Sequence record: NC_048016.1
Reading direction: 5' to 3' (one strand)
DNA: 64,000 nucleotides
Under the pieces are notes generated by a model that was given only the letters and a program-made list of their open reading frames with translations, made no database searches and was not told the DNA's origin. Positions 29,101 to 39,649 of the stretch are shown here, in pieces. Numbering within the stretch: position 1 is the first letter of the stretch; every line of letters starts with the position of its first letter. The position numbers and the translations under genes are program-made.

Positions 29101-32100
29101 AAGAGCTTACCGGGCTTCCAGAGGCCCCATTTGCCGACAAAGCCCAATGCGCTACCCAGTGTGCCGAGCACCCCACCAATCCCACCGATAACACCCGTGA
29201 GTTTGTCAAGGACACCCATCACACCACCGCGTTGACCACCACCCGATCCGCCTGCATGCCCTTCACCGCCTTCACGGTGTGACTGCTTACGACGGAAGAA
29301 GTTGAGGTAGTCTTTCTTCTCGGTTGAATCGCCAAACTTGTTGCGTCGGGTGAACTTGTTCATCATGCCACGAACAAACCCTTCCGACCCACCGGCGTCC
29401 AACGTTGACGAGCGCATCTTGTCAAACCACGTAATCTCTTGCAGCCCAACCATGCGGTTGAGTTTCTCGAGCATGGCCTGACCAACCGACTGGACCTTCT
29501 TCTTGCCGGTGTTGATAACCCGACCTGCGGCATCAGTTGCTTCTTCTGCGGTGTCATTCAAATCAGAACGCAAGCGGTTCGCGTTCAACCCTTTACGACG
29601 GTGCAGTCGGTCACGGTAGAACTCGGCACTTTCATCGTCGCGTCCCGCCAAGCGTTGCTCGACCAGATAACGCAGACCGATGTCATGCTCCGCCCCGGTG
29701 TAACGGTTCGCAATATCACGCGCGGTGTCCGCACCACGACCGTAGAGGTCAGACGCCGCAGCGCGACCCCGACCAAACCAGCCACTGACGCGATTACGCA
29801 CATTGTTAAAGCGACGGCCCCAACGACGACGGGACATCACCCGACCCCGGCGGAAGGCACGACCGATGCCACCTTTGACACGTCCGAAGGTGTTTCCCCC
29901 GCCCACACCCGCTTCCATGGTATCTGCCCAACTTTCGTCTTCCGGCTCACCGGACAAACGGTTGTTCAGGAGTTTGTAGATACGCAGTAAGATGTGGTTG
30001 GTTTTCTTCGAGCCCCCGCCTAAGCCTCCAAAGAAGCTGTTACCGGAGAACCATTTGCTGTCTGAAGACGAGCCGCGATTGTTCCACCAACGGGTCAACG
30101 GGTTGTTTTGTGCCATCCCCTTGATACGGTCGATCCCCCCACGGATCATAGACGGGATGCGGCCTGCGGCGTTTAAAGCGAACCTGCCGATCCCGGTCAC
30201 CCGACCCACAATCCGACCCAGTGGAGACTTCACCGCACGACCAAAGCGGTCAACCAGTTTGAAGTTCGGGTTAGCCAGCTCTTCGGCGGTGATGACATCG
30301 TTGCCTTGCGCATCAACCACGGCACCGGTTACCTCACTGGCCTTATAGATGATACGACCGCCTTCTTTCAAGCGGTACTCACCTTCACGCATCCGGTTAG
30401 CAAACAGGCGAGGATTGGTTTCGCCTTTGACGTAGATATCGGGAGCCTGAGTAAACCAGTCCTTCACTGTGCGAAGTGGATTTTTGATTTTACTCGCCAG
30501 ACGACCGGGCAGTGACAATATACCCCGCCCTGCTTCGCCGGCTTTGTTGCCGATAACATCAAAGAGCTTCTTCCAGTTCGAGCCGTTGTAAAACGTCAGC
30601 TCGCCCCCTTGGGCCAAATCGGCAGCAGAGAGAATCACGTTCCCCTGCGCATCGATAATGTCCCGCCCCATGCGGATATCACCGAGGGCATGCAGTTGGG
30701 TCATCTGACTCCCTTGGCCGCTGCCCATCTGGTAATAGTCACCCGCGGCTAAACGTTTACCGTTTAAGACCACTTTGCCTTGGGCATTGTAGATGTCCCG
30801 GGCACCCAGTAACCCTTTACCGAAGGAACGGATACCGGACAGCGCATTACTGCCCGCGCCCAGTACACGCTGGAACATACTCGTCCCGGCAGCACCACCG
30901 CCCGAGAAGCGACCGCGTAGCCACGACGCCAAACGACCCCCGCGTGCACGCGCACCGTTAAAGCCCCGCTTCGCCTGACGCCATCCACCTGCGGCGGTGT
31001 CACGACCTAAGCGACCCCAACGACGGAACAGTCCACCGCCAGAACCTCCCCCGCCCCCTGAGCCACCGGGGGCCGGACTTGGGCCGTGCAAGTCATCGCC
31101 ACCCATGTTGAGTGAGTTCAGGATAAACACCCCTTCCTCATTCATGTCACGGACGTGGTCAAGGATTTTGCTCAGCAGCTCGCCTTGGTTGTTTTCACGG
31201 ATAGCCCGGATAAGGTCATCGTTTGAGGACGCACCACCGGAGCCGAGGGTACTTTTCATGCCCTCAAACAAATCCGGTAAGGTAGTCGGCTTGTCGCCGT
31301 ACAAGACGTTTGACAACGCAAGGGCGGATAGCCCACCGCGCATGCCACCCCCAAAGCCCGCACCCCGACGACGTTCCTCTTCTTTCTTGGAACCATCCCC
31401 CATGCCACGACGGCGCAGGAGGTCACCCAGTGCTGACCCGTTTTGCAACTTACGCTGAATTTCCTGCTCACGGGTCAATGACCGACCGCTTCGGGTTTTG
31501 CCCATGGCCAAGTCATTGAACAATGTATGCGGGTCATTCAAATCACGGTCAACGTGGAAGACATCGTTCTTGTCGTCGTAGTGGAAGATACCGGCATCAC
31601 GCAGGGCACGTTCCCCGTAGAGACCCGCAGCCGCATCAATACGCCCTTGACGACGACTGATGGACGACTGAATCGCCGCCATGCGGTTCGCCAACTCATT
31701 AGAGAGCTCGTAACCGCCACCCACCCCTTGACCGGGATGTGAGTTCATCAGTTGCTGGATTTTATCCGCACCTTCAAACCCCATGAACCGCTGAAGGGCT
31801 TGCGGGTCACGCGACAGGGCTTGGACGTCAATGGCTTTACCGGTTGAGGCACGCTCTTCGATAAAGTCCGCCAGACGTTGACGCTCACGTTGGTTCAGGC
31901 TCTTGTTGTGGTCAAGGTAGTCCACCGTGGAACCGATGCTGCCCTGCAAACGTTTACGCTCATCATCGTTGGCAACCGACTTACGCACACGGTTACCGAT
32001 AACCTTGCGGTCAACAAAGCCCCGGCTCGTGATGTCGTATTCCATGTCGGCGTGTTCGCCATAACCCCGACGAATCGATTTGTTGATTTCACTCAGCCAC

Positions 32101-33476
32101 GCAGGAATGATTTCGTTAATCGACAGCCACGTCCGGTGGTCGAACTTAGACGCCCGAGACAACATCCCCGGTTCGCGCTCATCCAACATCCCTTGCTCAC
32201 GCTGCAGTGGGTTGATAATCCCAAGCATGTGCAAGGCACGGAAGATGCTACCTGCCGCACCCATGTCTTCCCCGGCAATCGCTGAGTTAGAAATCGAGGA
32301 CAGGTTACCGAACATGAACTTACCACGCTGGGCTTGTTTCATGAAGTCGGGGTTCATCTCGAGCTTTTCGCGGGTGTGCTTTTGCAGCTTTTCAATCTGT
32401 GGACCCAGCAGACGTTTAGCTGCCTGAGAAGACAACCACCCTACAGCCTTCTGTGTGCCATTCTGCCGACGTTTGTCTGCAGATAAGGAAGAACTATCAT
32501 CGAGGTCGAAATCGTCCTCTATGGCGCTTCCCATGAGCATTTCGAGCATACCACGCGCATCGCCGAATCCTTCGGAGATTTTCTTCTTGGTATTGTTGCG
32601 AATCTGGTCAATGAACCCGTCTGCGTATTTCAGGGGGTTCATCCAGTCGGCGGCTTTACGCTTGATGTTCGCCCAGTGAATCTCGGAGAACTCTTCCTTG
32701 GCGTAATCCGGCAGCGCCGTGTTCTTGACAATCGCTTCCAGTGCCGGGGTGTTACGGTCGAACTGGGTCTGGTTGAGTTTGTTTGCATCTTCCAATGCAA
32801 AGAGAATACGGTACTGCAATTCCAACTGCTTACGGGAGATGTTGAGCATCACCCCTTTTTGCAACGAGGACTGCAGATGGATGTCTTTGGCGATCGCGTT
32901 GACCACCCCAAACATCGCATCAGACTTCATCTCACGAATCGAATCGCGGACACGGTCTTCGACGGCCTGCTCACGGGCATCGGCTTGGTCACGAACGGCG
33001 TCTTTGTAGTCGCCCTCGCCACCCATGACACCACTCATCTCGCGATCCATCTGCGCTTGACGTGGGTCGTAATTGTTGTACTGCTGGTCGTCGGACTTTG
33101 ACCAACGTTCCATTTTACGGGTCAGGCTATCAGGCAGGTACCGGCGCATTGTCGGGGTAAGCTGACGCACCTGCTGCTTGATAACCCGGTTGGTCTTGAC
33201 GACCTCCTCTTTGGTATGAGCAGCAATGTCCTTTGCCGCTGCCGACACGTCCTGATAGCCTTTATAAGCATCAGCCGCGGGCTTTGGCATACCCTTCATG
33301 ATCACCTGATCACGCTTACCTTTTGGCCACACGGCCGCCAGTGCCGATTTACGCACAGTGTTAAGTGTATTCAACACCGGATTGCGTTTCGTGTCCTTCT
33401 GGCGCGGTGGCTCACCGAAGTCATCCCAATCCATGTTGTCGAGATCAAGATCGTCGAAATCGCCTTTTTTAGCCAT
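26172..33476 (-). CDS. Tail tape measure protein with lytic transglycosylase (SLT) domain
   Basis: 2434 aa, Gly/Ala-rich; C-terminal GVALGMAYAESKFN...GAGGLYQFIKSTW. Confidence 0.9.
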   Translation of the reverse strand: MAKKGDFDDLDLDNMDWDDFGEPPRQKDTKRNPVLNTLNTVRKSALAAVWPKGKRDQVIMKGMPKPAADAYKGYQDVSAAAKDIAAHTKEEVVKTNRVIKQQVRQLTPTMRRYLPDSLTRKMERWSKSDDQQYNNYDPRQAQMDREMSGVMGGEGDYKDAVRDQADAREQAVEDRVRDSIREMKSDAMFGVVNAIAKDIHLQSSLQKGVMLNISRKQLELQYRILFALEDANKLNQTQFDRNTPALEAIVKNTALPDYAKEEFSEIHWANIKRKAADWMNPLKYADGFIDQIRNNTKKKISEGFGDARGMLEMLMGSAIEDDFDLDDSSSLSADKRRQNGTQKAVGWLSSQAAKRLLGPQIEKLQKHTREKLEMNPDFMKQAQRGKFMFGNLSSISNSAIAGEDMGAAGSIFRALHMLGIINPLQREQGMLDEREPGMLSRASKFDHRTWLSINEIIPAWLSEINKSIRRGYGEHADMEYDITSRGFVDRKVIGNRVRKSVANDDERKRLQGSIGSTVDYLDHNKSLNQRERQRLADFIEERASTGKAIDVQALSRDPQALQRFMGFEGADKIQQLMNSHPGQGVGGGYELSNELANRMAAIQSSISRRQGRIDAAAGLYGERALRDAGIFHYDDKNDVFHVDRDLNDPHTLFNDLAMGKTRSGRSLTREQEIQRKLQNGSALGDLLRRRGMGDGSKKEEERRRGAGFGGGMRGGLSALALSNVLYGDKPTTLPDLFEGMKSTLGSGGASSNDDLIRAIRENNQGELLSKILDHVRDMNEEGVFILNSLNMGGDDLHGPSPAPGGSGGGGGSGGGLFRRWGRLGRDTAAGGWRQAKRGFNGARARGGRLASWLRGRFSGGGAAGTSMFQRVLGAGSNALSGIRSFGKGLLGARDIYNAQGKVVLNGKRLAAGDYYQMGSGQGSQMTQLHALGDIRMGRDIIDAQGNVILSAADLAQGGELTFYNGSNWKKLFDVIGNKAGEAGRGILSLPGRLASKIKNPLRTVKDWFTQAPDIYVKGETNPRLFANRMREGEYRLKEGGRIIYKASEVTGAVVDAQGNDVITAEELANPNFKLVDRFGRAVKSPLGRIVGRVTGIGRFALNAAGRIPSMIRGGIDRIKGMAQNNPLTRWWNNRGSSSDSKWFSGNSFFGGLGGGSKKTNHILLRIYKLLNNRLSGEPEDESWADTMEAGVGGGNTFGRVKGGIGRAFRRGRVMSRRRWGRRFNNVRNRVSGWFGRGRAAASDLYGRGADTARDIANRYTGAEHDIGLRYLVEQRLAGRDDESAEFYRDRLHRRKGLNANRLRSDLNDTAEEATDAAGRVINTGKKKVQSVGQAMLEKLNRMVGLQEITWFDKMRSSTLDAGGSEGFVRGMMNKFTRRNKFGDSTEKKDYLNFFRRKQSHREGGEGHAGGSGGGQRGGVMGVLDKLTGVIGGIGGVLGTLGSALGFVGKWGLWKPGKLLARGGWALATRALPWAARAIAAPLISGAAALVTAIGWPAIAVGAAVAGIGYAAYKIATNVPAKYLDRMRLAQYGFRDYESWNSDDGAKARYLEDQLKGYISYNNDGAATLRGLSASDVEKLAAGFGVNKDEKSELVSFHAFMLQRFIPLYLRWMSSLRQLESDVALKDLGDVTKVSKEDMKTLFAKNKLSKDSQYLKAIEDPRKTNQGFFSKAWDTITFTSPDLLGADDVMDVQNEVEKSIKFRAEGSAAVRNHLAPPTADGTKVSGVAESVNRLATLDQERRDHTIKKEGWEDGNEQVTVQVDYNSVVQQKDVDALQSLRMKAYGLTTLNPAQVKSLLLMERLVYPSIDVKNNTYKGRWQEAIDALVPGGSTSEKADRLKYWFYNRFLPVFMTYVVGVYRYQPTANPLDLKLSGGYLYEVGLMTSRAYSMKNDIRQSVWDIAINPFGGDANTVASSVNAELESLHVLSKEADLAVRNLMRENEKKQGRAQWKQKELTKGLYGGDAMSDNGVSSYAPGSAEALRAAGLNGRSGYDGGGGGWNGSSEIAAAGGIGNYAAMTTGSTNISLGQMGDGNYKELAEKYPRASLNNVANVKAMIVDVAQRLGVPPGVALGMAYAESKFNYKAWNKDSGAGGLYQFIKSTWSGKGNAPGELQNYGNKFGIPNGATQLDPYANTLLGINFIRNNISKAQSDYGGQVPPGVAYLYHFLGAGDAAKFMKAYKANPNAPANSIRYSSSGVIGNNMSVFTSGGRIRSFAQVMQELNGRMGSQVANIATSNSDLAKQAMSGQTPTDPARAAGAPAANDADGAIQTAQRKDVALAQKGAQAANDAATQSASVTAPNPAGVSAANSPSDIAKDADNIQAAAEADGMSPADAAKVGAGYANQATAQAKPRKAANDMPVSAGDMVTVSRMDELIDIEGQSRDYLSKIWEYLQKGGTLNGAPPAAQAATAPGAASRKTQTTAPAPTLNLNRKAS

Positions 33477-33508
33477 GATATTTTATTTCCAATTCGGGAG
33501 CTTGCAAC

Positions 33509-35122
33509 GTGAAAAAGCTAAACTGGGTTGACTTCTATTTGTTGAACGTCAACAGCGGACTCGTGTCTAACCTTAAGCCGGTTACTACCACTGACACGTA
33601 TCAGGGGATGACGAAAAACTTCCACCCAGAAGGACTCTACTCCACCGAGATTTTTGGCCTCGTCGGTAGCGAGGAACGTGATGCCACGTTTTCGTACATC
33701 GATATCAAACTCGACATCATCTCTCCTACCGTGTGCTTGGGGCTGTTTAAATTAAAAGCCCTGTACGAGGACATTTGTGCGGGTCGCCGTTTTGCCGTGT
33801 GGAATGAAAAAGAGAAGGACTTTGAGCCTGCTCTTCCGGGTGACAAAAACGCGGACACCGGCTTTAACTTCTTCTTGAAATACTACAAACAGTTGACCCC
33901 TGCCCGTAACGATTCCCTGCGTCGTGATGACACCCTCGACTTCTTCTTCAAATTCCGTGACATGTCTTTGTCACGTTATGTACTGGTTCTACCTGCCGGG
34001 TTACGCGACCTTGTGGTTCGCGAAGATGGCCGGGACCAAGAAGAAGATGTGGGGGGTTTATTCCGCCGAATGATTTCCCTTTCCCGTGCGATTCCAGACC
34101 GTAACGCGCGCGTCGAATTAACCGACCCCGTACGCTGGAAACTGCAAAGCACGTTCAACGATATCTGGATGTACTTCTTTAACATCCTGGATGGGAAAGG
34201 CGGATTTGCACGCAGGAAGGTCACCCGTCGTCGGTTGATGAACGGCACACGTAACGTGTTGTCATCGTTCCCAACCGGGTCGAAGGTGATGGGGCGTGAG
34301 GATGAGGTCAGGCCAACTGACACCCGTGTAGGTTTGTACCAGACCCTGAAAGCCCTGCTGCCTGTGGCGCAGTTCAATATCCGCGAACGTTACTTAGGTA
34401 ACATCCGGGCAGGTGACGGCAACCTCTACGGGGTGAACACCAAAACATTACGTCGTGAGTTCTTGGAAGTCAAAGGACGCGTCTACGACCTCTATACCAC
34501 CGATGACGGTATTGAGACATTGATTAACCGGATGGAAGCGCGTGAACTCCGCCACCAACCGGTGATGATAGATAAAAACCATTACGTGGCCCTTATCTAT
34601 CAAGACGCTAATTTCTTCAAAGTGTTCTACGACATCACAGACTTGCCAGCCAACCTCGACAAGAAAAATGTTCGGGGCATCTCGCTGGCAGAACTGCTGT
34701 ACCTGTCGGGTTATGACCTGTGGAATGACTATTTCTCATTCGTCACACGTTACCCCGTAGCAGGCCGTGGTTCGACGTACTCCTCGACCATAAGATTGGA
34801 GACCACCACCTCATCTCTTTACTTAAAAGAGCTCGAAGACGACTGGATTACCGTCAAAGAGAAAGGGGCTGTGAGCTTCCCAGACCGTACAGTGGAAACC
34901 TTCGTGGAATCGATGGCTCCCCACCCAACGCGTCTGGCCGGTTTAGGCGGTGACTACGATGGTGACACGGGTTCGTTCAACGCCCCGATGTCGCAAGAAG
35001 CCGTAGACGAAAACCGCAAATGGTTACGTTCGAAGAACTACTGGTTTGCAACAGATGGCAGTTTTAAAGTTAACCCGGTGAACGATGTGATTGCACGTTC
35101 CATGAACGCACTGTTGCGATAA
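33509..35122 (+). CDS. rpoC: Virion RNA polymerase beta' subunit, N-terminal catalytic part (phiKZ gp180-like)
   Basis: GLYSTEIFG, VLVLPAGLRD and catalytic GGDYDGD; GTG start after GGAG. Confidence 0.9.
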   Translation: MKKLNWVDFYLLNVNSGLVSNLKPVTTTDTYQGMTKNFHPEGLYSTEIFGLVGSEERDATFSYIDIKLDIISPTVCLGLFKLKALYEDICAGRRFAVWNEKEKDFEPALPGDKNADTGFNFFLKYYKQLTPARNDSLRRDDTLDFFFKFRDMSLSRYVLVLPAGLRDLVVREDGRDQEEDVGGLFRRMISLSRAIPDRNARVELTDPVRWKLQSTFNDIWMYFFNILDGKGGFARRKVTRRRLMNGTRNVLSSFPTGSKVMGREDEVRPTDTRVGLYQTLKALLPVAQFNIRERYLGNIRAGDGNLYGVNTKTLRREFLEVKGRVYDLYTTDDGIETLINRMEARELRHQPVMIDKNHYVALIYQDANFFKVFYDITDLPANLDKKNVRGISLAELLYLSGYDLWNDYFSFVTRYPVAGRGSTYSSTIRLETTTSSLYLKELEDDWITVKEKGAVSFPDRTVETFVESMAPHPTRLAGLGGDYDGDTGSFNAPMSQEAVDENRKWLRSKNYWFATDGSFKVNPVNDVIARSMNALLR

Positions 35123-35131
35123 GGTTTAGAC

Positions 35132-38100
35132 ATGCTGCAGATTCGCCAATTCAACCAACACTTCTCGATTCGTAAAACGGATGAGTACAGCACCCCGCGT
35201 ATCATCCCGCTTGAGAAGTTGCAGATCCCTCGCGGCTCTGTACTCCACACGGTCGACCTCGACCAAGTGGTATTGGCACCACCCAGCACCCTGCCGTACT
35301 TCAAGGAGCTGACCAAGCCTGCTCAGGTACGCCACCATTACCGTCTGGCAACAGACGGCATTACCGGGAAACCTATCCCGGTGCCGGTACAAGGCCAAGA
35401 GCGGGCTATTCTGGCGTACCACCGTGAGAACCGTACCTTCCGTCGGATGCAGTCTGATGAGCTTGTGCGTCGTGATGACCTGACCCTGCTTATTGAGAAC
35501 TACACCCCGCTGCTGCCGCACTACCGTTATGCCGACACCCTGCTGAGCTGGTATGACCGTCTGCACAACGTGGTCGTGACCATTGCGGAGCAGATGAAGT
35601 ACGACACTAACGAGTACACCCGTCAGAACTACTACATTCTGAATGTGGGCTCTCGTCTGCCAGCGTTTGAGAAGTTCAAGAACACCTACAACGATCGTAT
35701 CAAAACCCGTCTGGAGCATTTTCAGACCTTCGATCTGCAGTGGCTGTTAGAGCTGTTTGCTTGGGCACACGGCGAGCAAGAGCTGTCGGTGTTTGCCGGC
35801 ATGGACTTCTCCCAATTGTCACGCATGAACTTCATCATTACCCACAACACCGGTTTCACCGTGATGAACATGGGTGTGGTGGAGCGTATGCGTAAGGACT
35901 CGGGCGGTCGTTTCAACGACGACATGATGGCCCGTAAGTTCCACAAACTGATTGCACAGGTGTTGACCCGTAACCCAGACCCGGTTGCTGATATCGACTT
36001 CGTAAGCCCAAGCGGTGAAGAAGTCACGCTTATCGAATCGGCTGCACCGCAGGGCAACATCGACGGCTTGGACGATGAAGCGGATCTTGAAGACGCGGAA
36101 ATCACCGAAGACGATGACCACTTCGATGAGAAAGCCGATTTGGTTATTCAGGAGAAAGTCGAGGACGTCAAGCCGACCACCATTACGGTTGAGAAAGCCA
36201 TTGACCACGGACAAATCATCAAGAACGAAGTTGCTCGACTGGCTGAGGCGGGCCGCCTGTCAGTGAAAGCCTTCACCTTCTTGAATGAGTCGTCTGAGCG
36301 ATTTGTTTCTCTGCCAAACCCGTATGACAAAACGGGCAAAGAGACTTACGGTGATGCTCTGAAGTACACCGAAGCCGATTTGAAAGTGGAAGCCAAAACA
36401 CTGGTTAAAAATCCCACCGTCATGACAGAAGCATGGACGCAGAACACCACCGATGCGATGACGAAGAAGTACAACCGCACTATGCTCCCAAAAGACATCT
36501 TGGGTGCTGTTGCGTCGTCTCAGCGTTTGGGTCTCGTGGTTCACAACCACACCGTGGATAAAGAAGTGGCTGTCACGGGTAACGTCGAACACCACACACT
36601 CCGTCTCCAGCCAGTGGGCGGGGAACCTGTAACGGTCCGTTTCAGTGTTCCTTCCCTGACAGAAGATGGTACGTGGATGGCGAACGGCACCGAATACACC
36701 ATGCGTCGTCAGCGTGTTGATATTCCTATCCGTAAGGTTAACTTTGATACCGTGGCCCTCACAACGGCGTACGGCAAAAACTTTGTTTCCCGCTCTGAGA
36801 AGGCAGTAAACGATTACGGTCGCTGGATAACCAACGCTATCATTACGCGTGCGGTTGATCCGAAGAACACCGAAATCACCGATGCGAAGTTGGCTAACGT
36901 GTTCAACCCGGAACTGACACTCCCACGTCAGTACACCATGGTTGCGCGTCGTGTGTCGACCTTTAACGCCATCGGTTACCGCTGGAACTTTGAACATGCG
37001 GTGCGCGATAGCTTCTTTGGTGAAGCAGTCGTGAAAGACCTTGAGAAGAAAGACCTTGTACCTGTGGCTACCGGACGCGGTGGTGTACTGGGCATGGACG
37101 AACACTCTCAGGTTTACCGTGTCAAGGGTGACAGCGTTGAGCCACTGGGTTCTTTGGCCGATACCTTGGGTATCGATCAGGTGAAAGCCCCACGTGAGGT
37201 CAGTGAGTTGTCGATTATGGGCCAGAGCCTATCGCTCGGGTTTGTGTTCTCCTTCTATCTCGGGTTAACCGGGATGCTAAAACACTTCGGGATTCGCTAC
37301 GAGGTGTTACCGCCGGGCCAACGTGTCGATAAGACCACGTTTGATTCGGTGATTCGTTTAGCGGATGCGAAGATTGTCGTGATGTGTGACAACGACAAAC
37401 AACGCATGGTCGTCAATGGGCTTGACAAGTACCTGAAACACTTGGTGATGTATACCGAGTCGGAAGTGGAACGTGAAGATATCTACCTGAACCTGATTCG
37501 CGATGCAGACAGCCTCACCCCGAGGTACGTCAATGAGCTGAAACAAATGCGGTCCGCGTTTGTCGATGACATGCACGCCCGAATCCTGCGTCAGATGGGT
37601 GAGCCAGAGACGTTCATTGGTTTGCTGGAGCGCAGTAATGAGCTGCTGCAGACCGACCACTCGAAGCCGGAGATTAACGGTGACGAGATGATGTTTGTTG
37701 GCAACCAGCGTATTGCTTACCACGTTTATACGGCGTTGGTTCGTGCGATGCGTAACTATCAAAACGCGCCGGGCTCGTCTCGTAAGTTCGAGCTGCCTCA
37801 AGACATGGTGTGGGGTGCTATTAACTCCGACCCGTCTGTGCTGCTCGCACCGGGAGCGAACCCGATTCAGAACATTAAAGAGAAGGACGTGATTACCATG
37901 GGAGGTACGGGAGGCCGTAACCGAAAAACCATGGTGTACCACACGCGTGAATTCCAGCCCAGCGACTTGGGTGTGGTATCAGGCAACACCGTCGATAACG
38001 GTGATGTGGGTATTACTGCGTTCTCCACTGCCAACCCGTGCTACGCCACGGTGGATGGTATCACCGCACCACGTAACGTAAAGGACCTGCAACCGGGACA

Positions 38101-39304
38101 GCTGCTGTCATTCATTGATGGCCTCGCCCCCGACACCTTGATGGACGATGCGAAGCGTCAGAACTTCGTCGGTATCCAATGGGGTTCCGCTATGGCTTGT
38201 GTGGGTGCGACCACGCTGCCGTATCGAACCGAAATGGAGAAACTCGTGGCTCACCGTACGTCGGTGAAGCACGCCCGTGTGGCTGAACAAGCCGGTAAAG
38301 TGTTGGAGGTCAGCGAAGACCACATCAAAATTAAGTACGACGACGGCAGTGAAGTGTCGTTTGAATTGGGTCGTTGGTTTGGTGCCCACGAGGGGAGCAA
38401 TTACCCTCACACCTTAATCACCGATTTCAAGGTCGGCGATAAGTTCCCAGAAGGCACGGTTGTGACCTTCAACGAACAACACTTCGAGCGTGACCTGATG
38501 GACAGAACGCAGGTTAACTTGAAGAACGGTATCGTCGGTTGGATGGCACTCATTGAGGGTGAGGAGGTTATCGAGGACTCCAACGCAATTTCTGCACACG
38601 CAGCGCGACTGATGGCGGCAGACGTTACAAAGGCGAAAGAAGTCACCGTACGCTTCGACCAAAACATCATGGAAATCCTCAAGGAGGGCGACCATGTTGA
38701 TGTCGACAGTATCCTATGCACCTTCAATGACCAAATGTCTGACGACTCTGCGTCCTTTAGCGAAGAATCGGCAGCGACACTGTACGGTCTGAGTGCGTAT
38801 GCGCCACAAGCAGGTCTGCGTGGGTTTATTGACAAAATCGAAGTCGTCTACCACGGCGATATCGAGGACATGTCCCCGAGCATTACCTCACTGGTGCAGA
38901 AATACGACCGCGTTCGCAAGAAGCGAGCCACCGCACTGAGCAAGGACGACGTCCCTACCTCAGGCAGCGTAAACGGCGACTACCGTGTTGATGGTGTCCC
39001 ACTGGCTTACCAAAATGCGGTGATTAAGTTTTACATCACCCATCGGGTTGACATGGCAGCAGCGGATAAGTTGGTCTTGGCCAACCAGCTAAAAACCACC
39101 GTCTACCAAGTCATGCCCGGTGAGAACCACACCGAGGCGGGCGACCTGATTGATTTCAAATTCGGTCGTACGTCAGTTGATGCGCGTATCGTTGGGTCGG
39201 TCATTAAAATCGGCACGACGAACGGGGCGTCATTAAAAGGTGGTGAGTGGGTCGGTCGCATCTTAGAGGGTGAAGCCCCGCCTAAGTTGCCTAGCAAAGT
39301 GTAA
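35132..39304 (+). CDS. rpoB: Virion RNA polymerase beta subunit, main part (phiKZ gp178-like)
   Basis: 1390 aa; MDDAKRQNFVGIQW, EDSNAIS, ADKLVLANQLK, SVDARIV beta motifs. Confidence 0.9.
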   Translation: MLQIRQFNQHFSIRKTDEYSTPRIIPLEKLQIPRGSVLHTVDLDQVVLAPPSTLPYFKELTKPAQVRHHYRLATDGITGKPIPVPVQGQERAILAYHRENRTFRRMQSDELVRRDDLTLLIENYTPLLPHYRYADTLLSWYDRLHNVVVTIAEQMKYDTNEYTRQNYYILNVGSRLPAFEKFKNTYNDRIKTRLEHFQTFDLQWLLELFAWAHGEQELSVFAGMDFSQLSRMNFIITHNTGFTVMNMGVVERMRKDSGGRFNDDMMARKFHKLIAQVLTRNPDPVADIDFVSPSGEEVTLIESAAPQGNIDGLDDEADLEDAEITEDDDHFDEKADLVIQEKVEDVKPTTITVEKAIDHGQIIKNEVARLAEAGRLSVKAFTFLNESSERFVSLPNPYDKTGKETYGDALKYTEADLKVEAKTLVKNPTVMTEAWTQNTTDAMTKKYNRTMLPKDILGAVASSQRLGLVVHNHTVDKEVAVTGNVEHHTLRLQPVGGEPVTVRFSVPSLTEDGTWMANGTEYTMRRQRVDIPIRKVNFDTVALTTAYGKNFVSRSEKAVNDYGRWITNAIITRAVDPKNTEITDAKLANVFNPELTLPRQYTMVARRVSTFNAIGYRWNFEHAVRDSFFGEAVVKDLEKKDLVPVATGRGGVLGMDEHSQVYRVKGDSVEPLGSLADTLGIDQVKAPREVSELSIMGQSLSLGFVFSFYLGLTGMLKHFGIRYEVLPPGQRVDKTTFDSVIRLADAKIVVMCDNDKQRMVVNGLDKYLKHLVMYTESEVEREDIYLNLIRDADSLTPRYVNELKQMRSAFVDDMHARILRQMGEPETFIGLLERSNELLQTDHSKPEINGDEMMFVGNQRIAYHVYTALVRAMRNYQNAPGSSRKFELPQDMVWGAINSDPSVLLAPGANPIQNIKEKDVITMGGTGGRNRKTMVYHTREFQPSDLGVVSGNTVDNGDVGITAFSTANPCYATVDGITAPRNVKDLQPGQLLSFIDGLAPDTLMDDAKRQNFVGIQWGSAMACVGATTLPYRTEMEKLVAHRTSVKHARVAEQAGKVLEVSEDHIKIKYDDGSEVSFELGRWFGAHEGSNYPHTLITDFKVGDKFPEGTVVTFNEQHFERDLMDRTQVNLKNGIVGWMALIEGEEVIEDSNAISAHAARLMAADVTKAKEVTVRFDQNIMEILKEGDHVDVDSILCTFNDQMSDDSASFSEESAATLYGLSAYAPQAGLRGFIDKIEVVYHGDIEDMSPSITSLVQKYDRVRKKRATALSKDDVPTSGSVNGDYRVDGVPLAYQNAVIKFYITHRVDMAAADKLVLANQLKTTVYQVMPGENHTEAGDLIDFKFGRTSVDARIVGSVIKIGTTNGASLKGGEWVGRILEGEAPPKLPSKV

Positions 39305-39355
39305 TTAACTCTCTTGGCGGGTCGCTCCCGCCAAGCCATTAACTCCGGAGTAAAC

Positions 39356-39649
39356 ATGAGCATCCTGGATAGCATTCGTCTACGCAACGGCTTGCCGGTA
39401 TCGCGTAACAACCAAAGCCGCGAGACGCAGGGTTTCTCTGCTCAGCAGCGTAAGAACTTTGTCGCCCTCGGCAACACCATTGAACTGGGCACCGAGATTC
39501 TGTTTGAACTGCTGCACAAGACCGACGGTCTGAGCGGTTACGTTGGTGACCAGCGTTTGTTTAAACGTGACATCGCCGATATGATCGGGGGCAAGCTGGC
39601 CGCCCGTATCCAACAGAAAACCAGCACCGATAATGGAGGTGTAGCGTGA
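39356..39649 (+). CDS. Small hypothetical (probably virion) protein
   Basis: GGAG RBS before ATG 39356. Confidence 0.7.
   Translation: MSILDSIRLRNGLPVSRNNQSRETQGFSAQQRKNFVALGNTIELGTEILFELLHKTDGLSGYVGDQRLFKRDIADMIGGKLAARIQQKTSTDNGGVA

Noticed and set aside
26172-39304. Many 60-280 aa ORFs antisense to or overlapping the tape measure and RNAP genes
   Set aside because: Shadow ORFs from codon bias, with no RBS or recognisable motifs
33509-39304. Intein or intron in the vRNAP genes
   Set aside because: The ORFs are continuous, sizes fit phiKZ-family subunits, and no C/S...HN intein ends or LAGLIDADG motifs were seen
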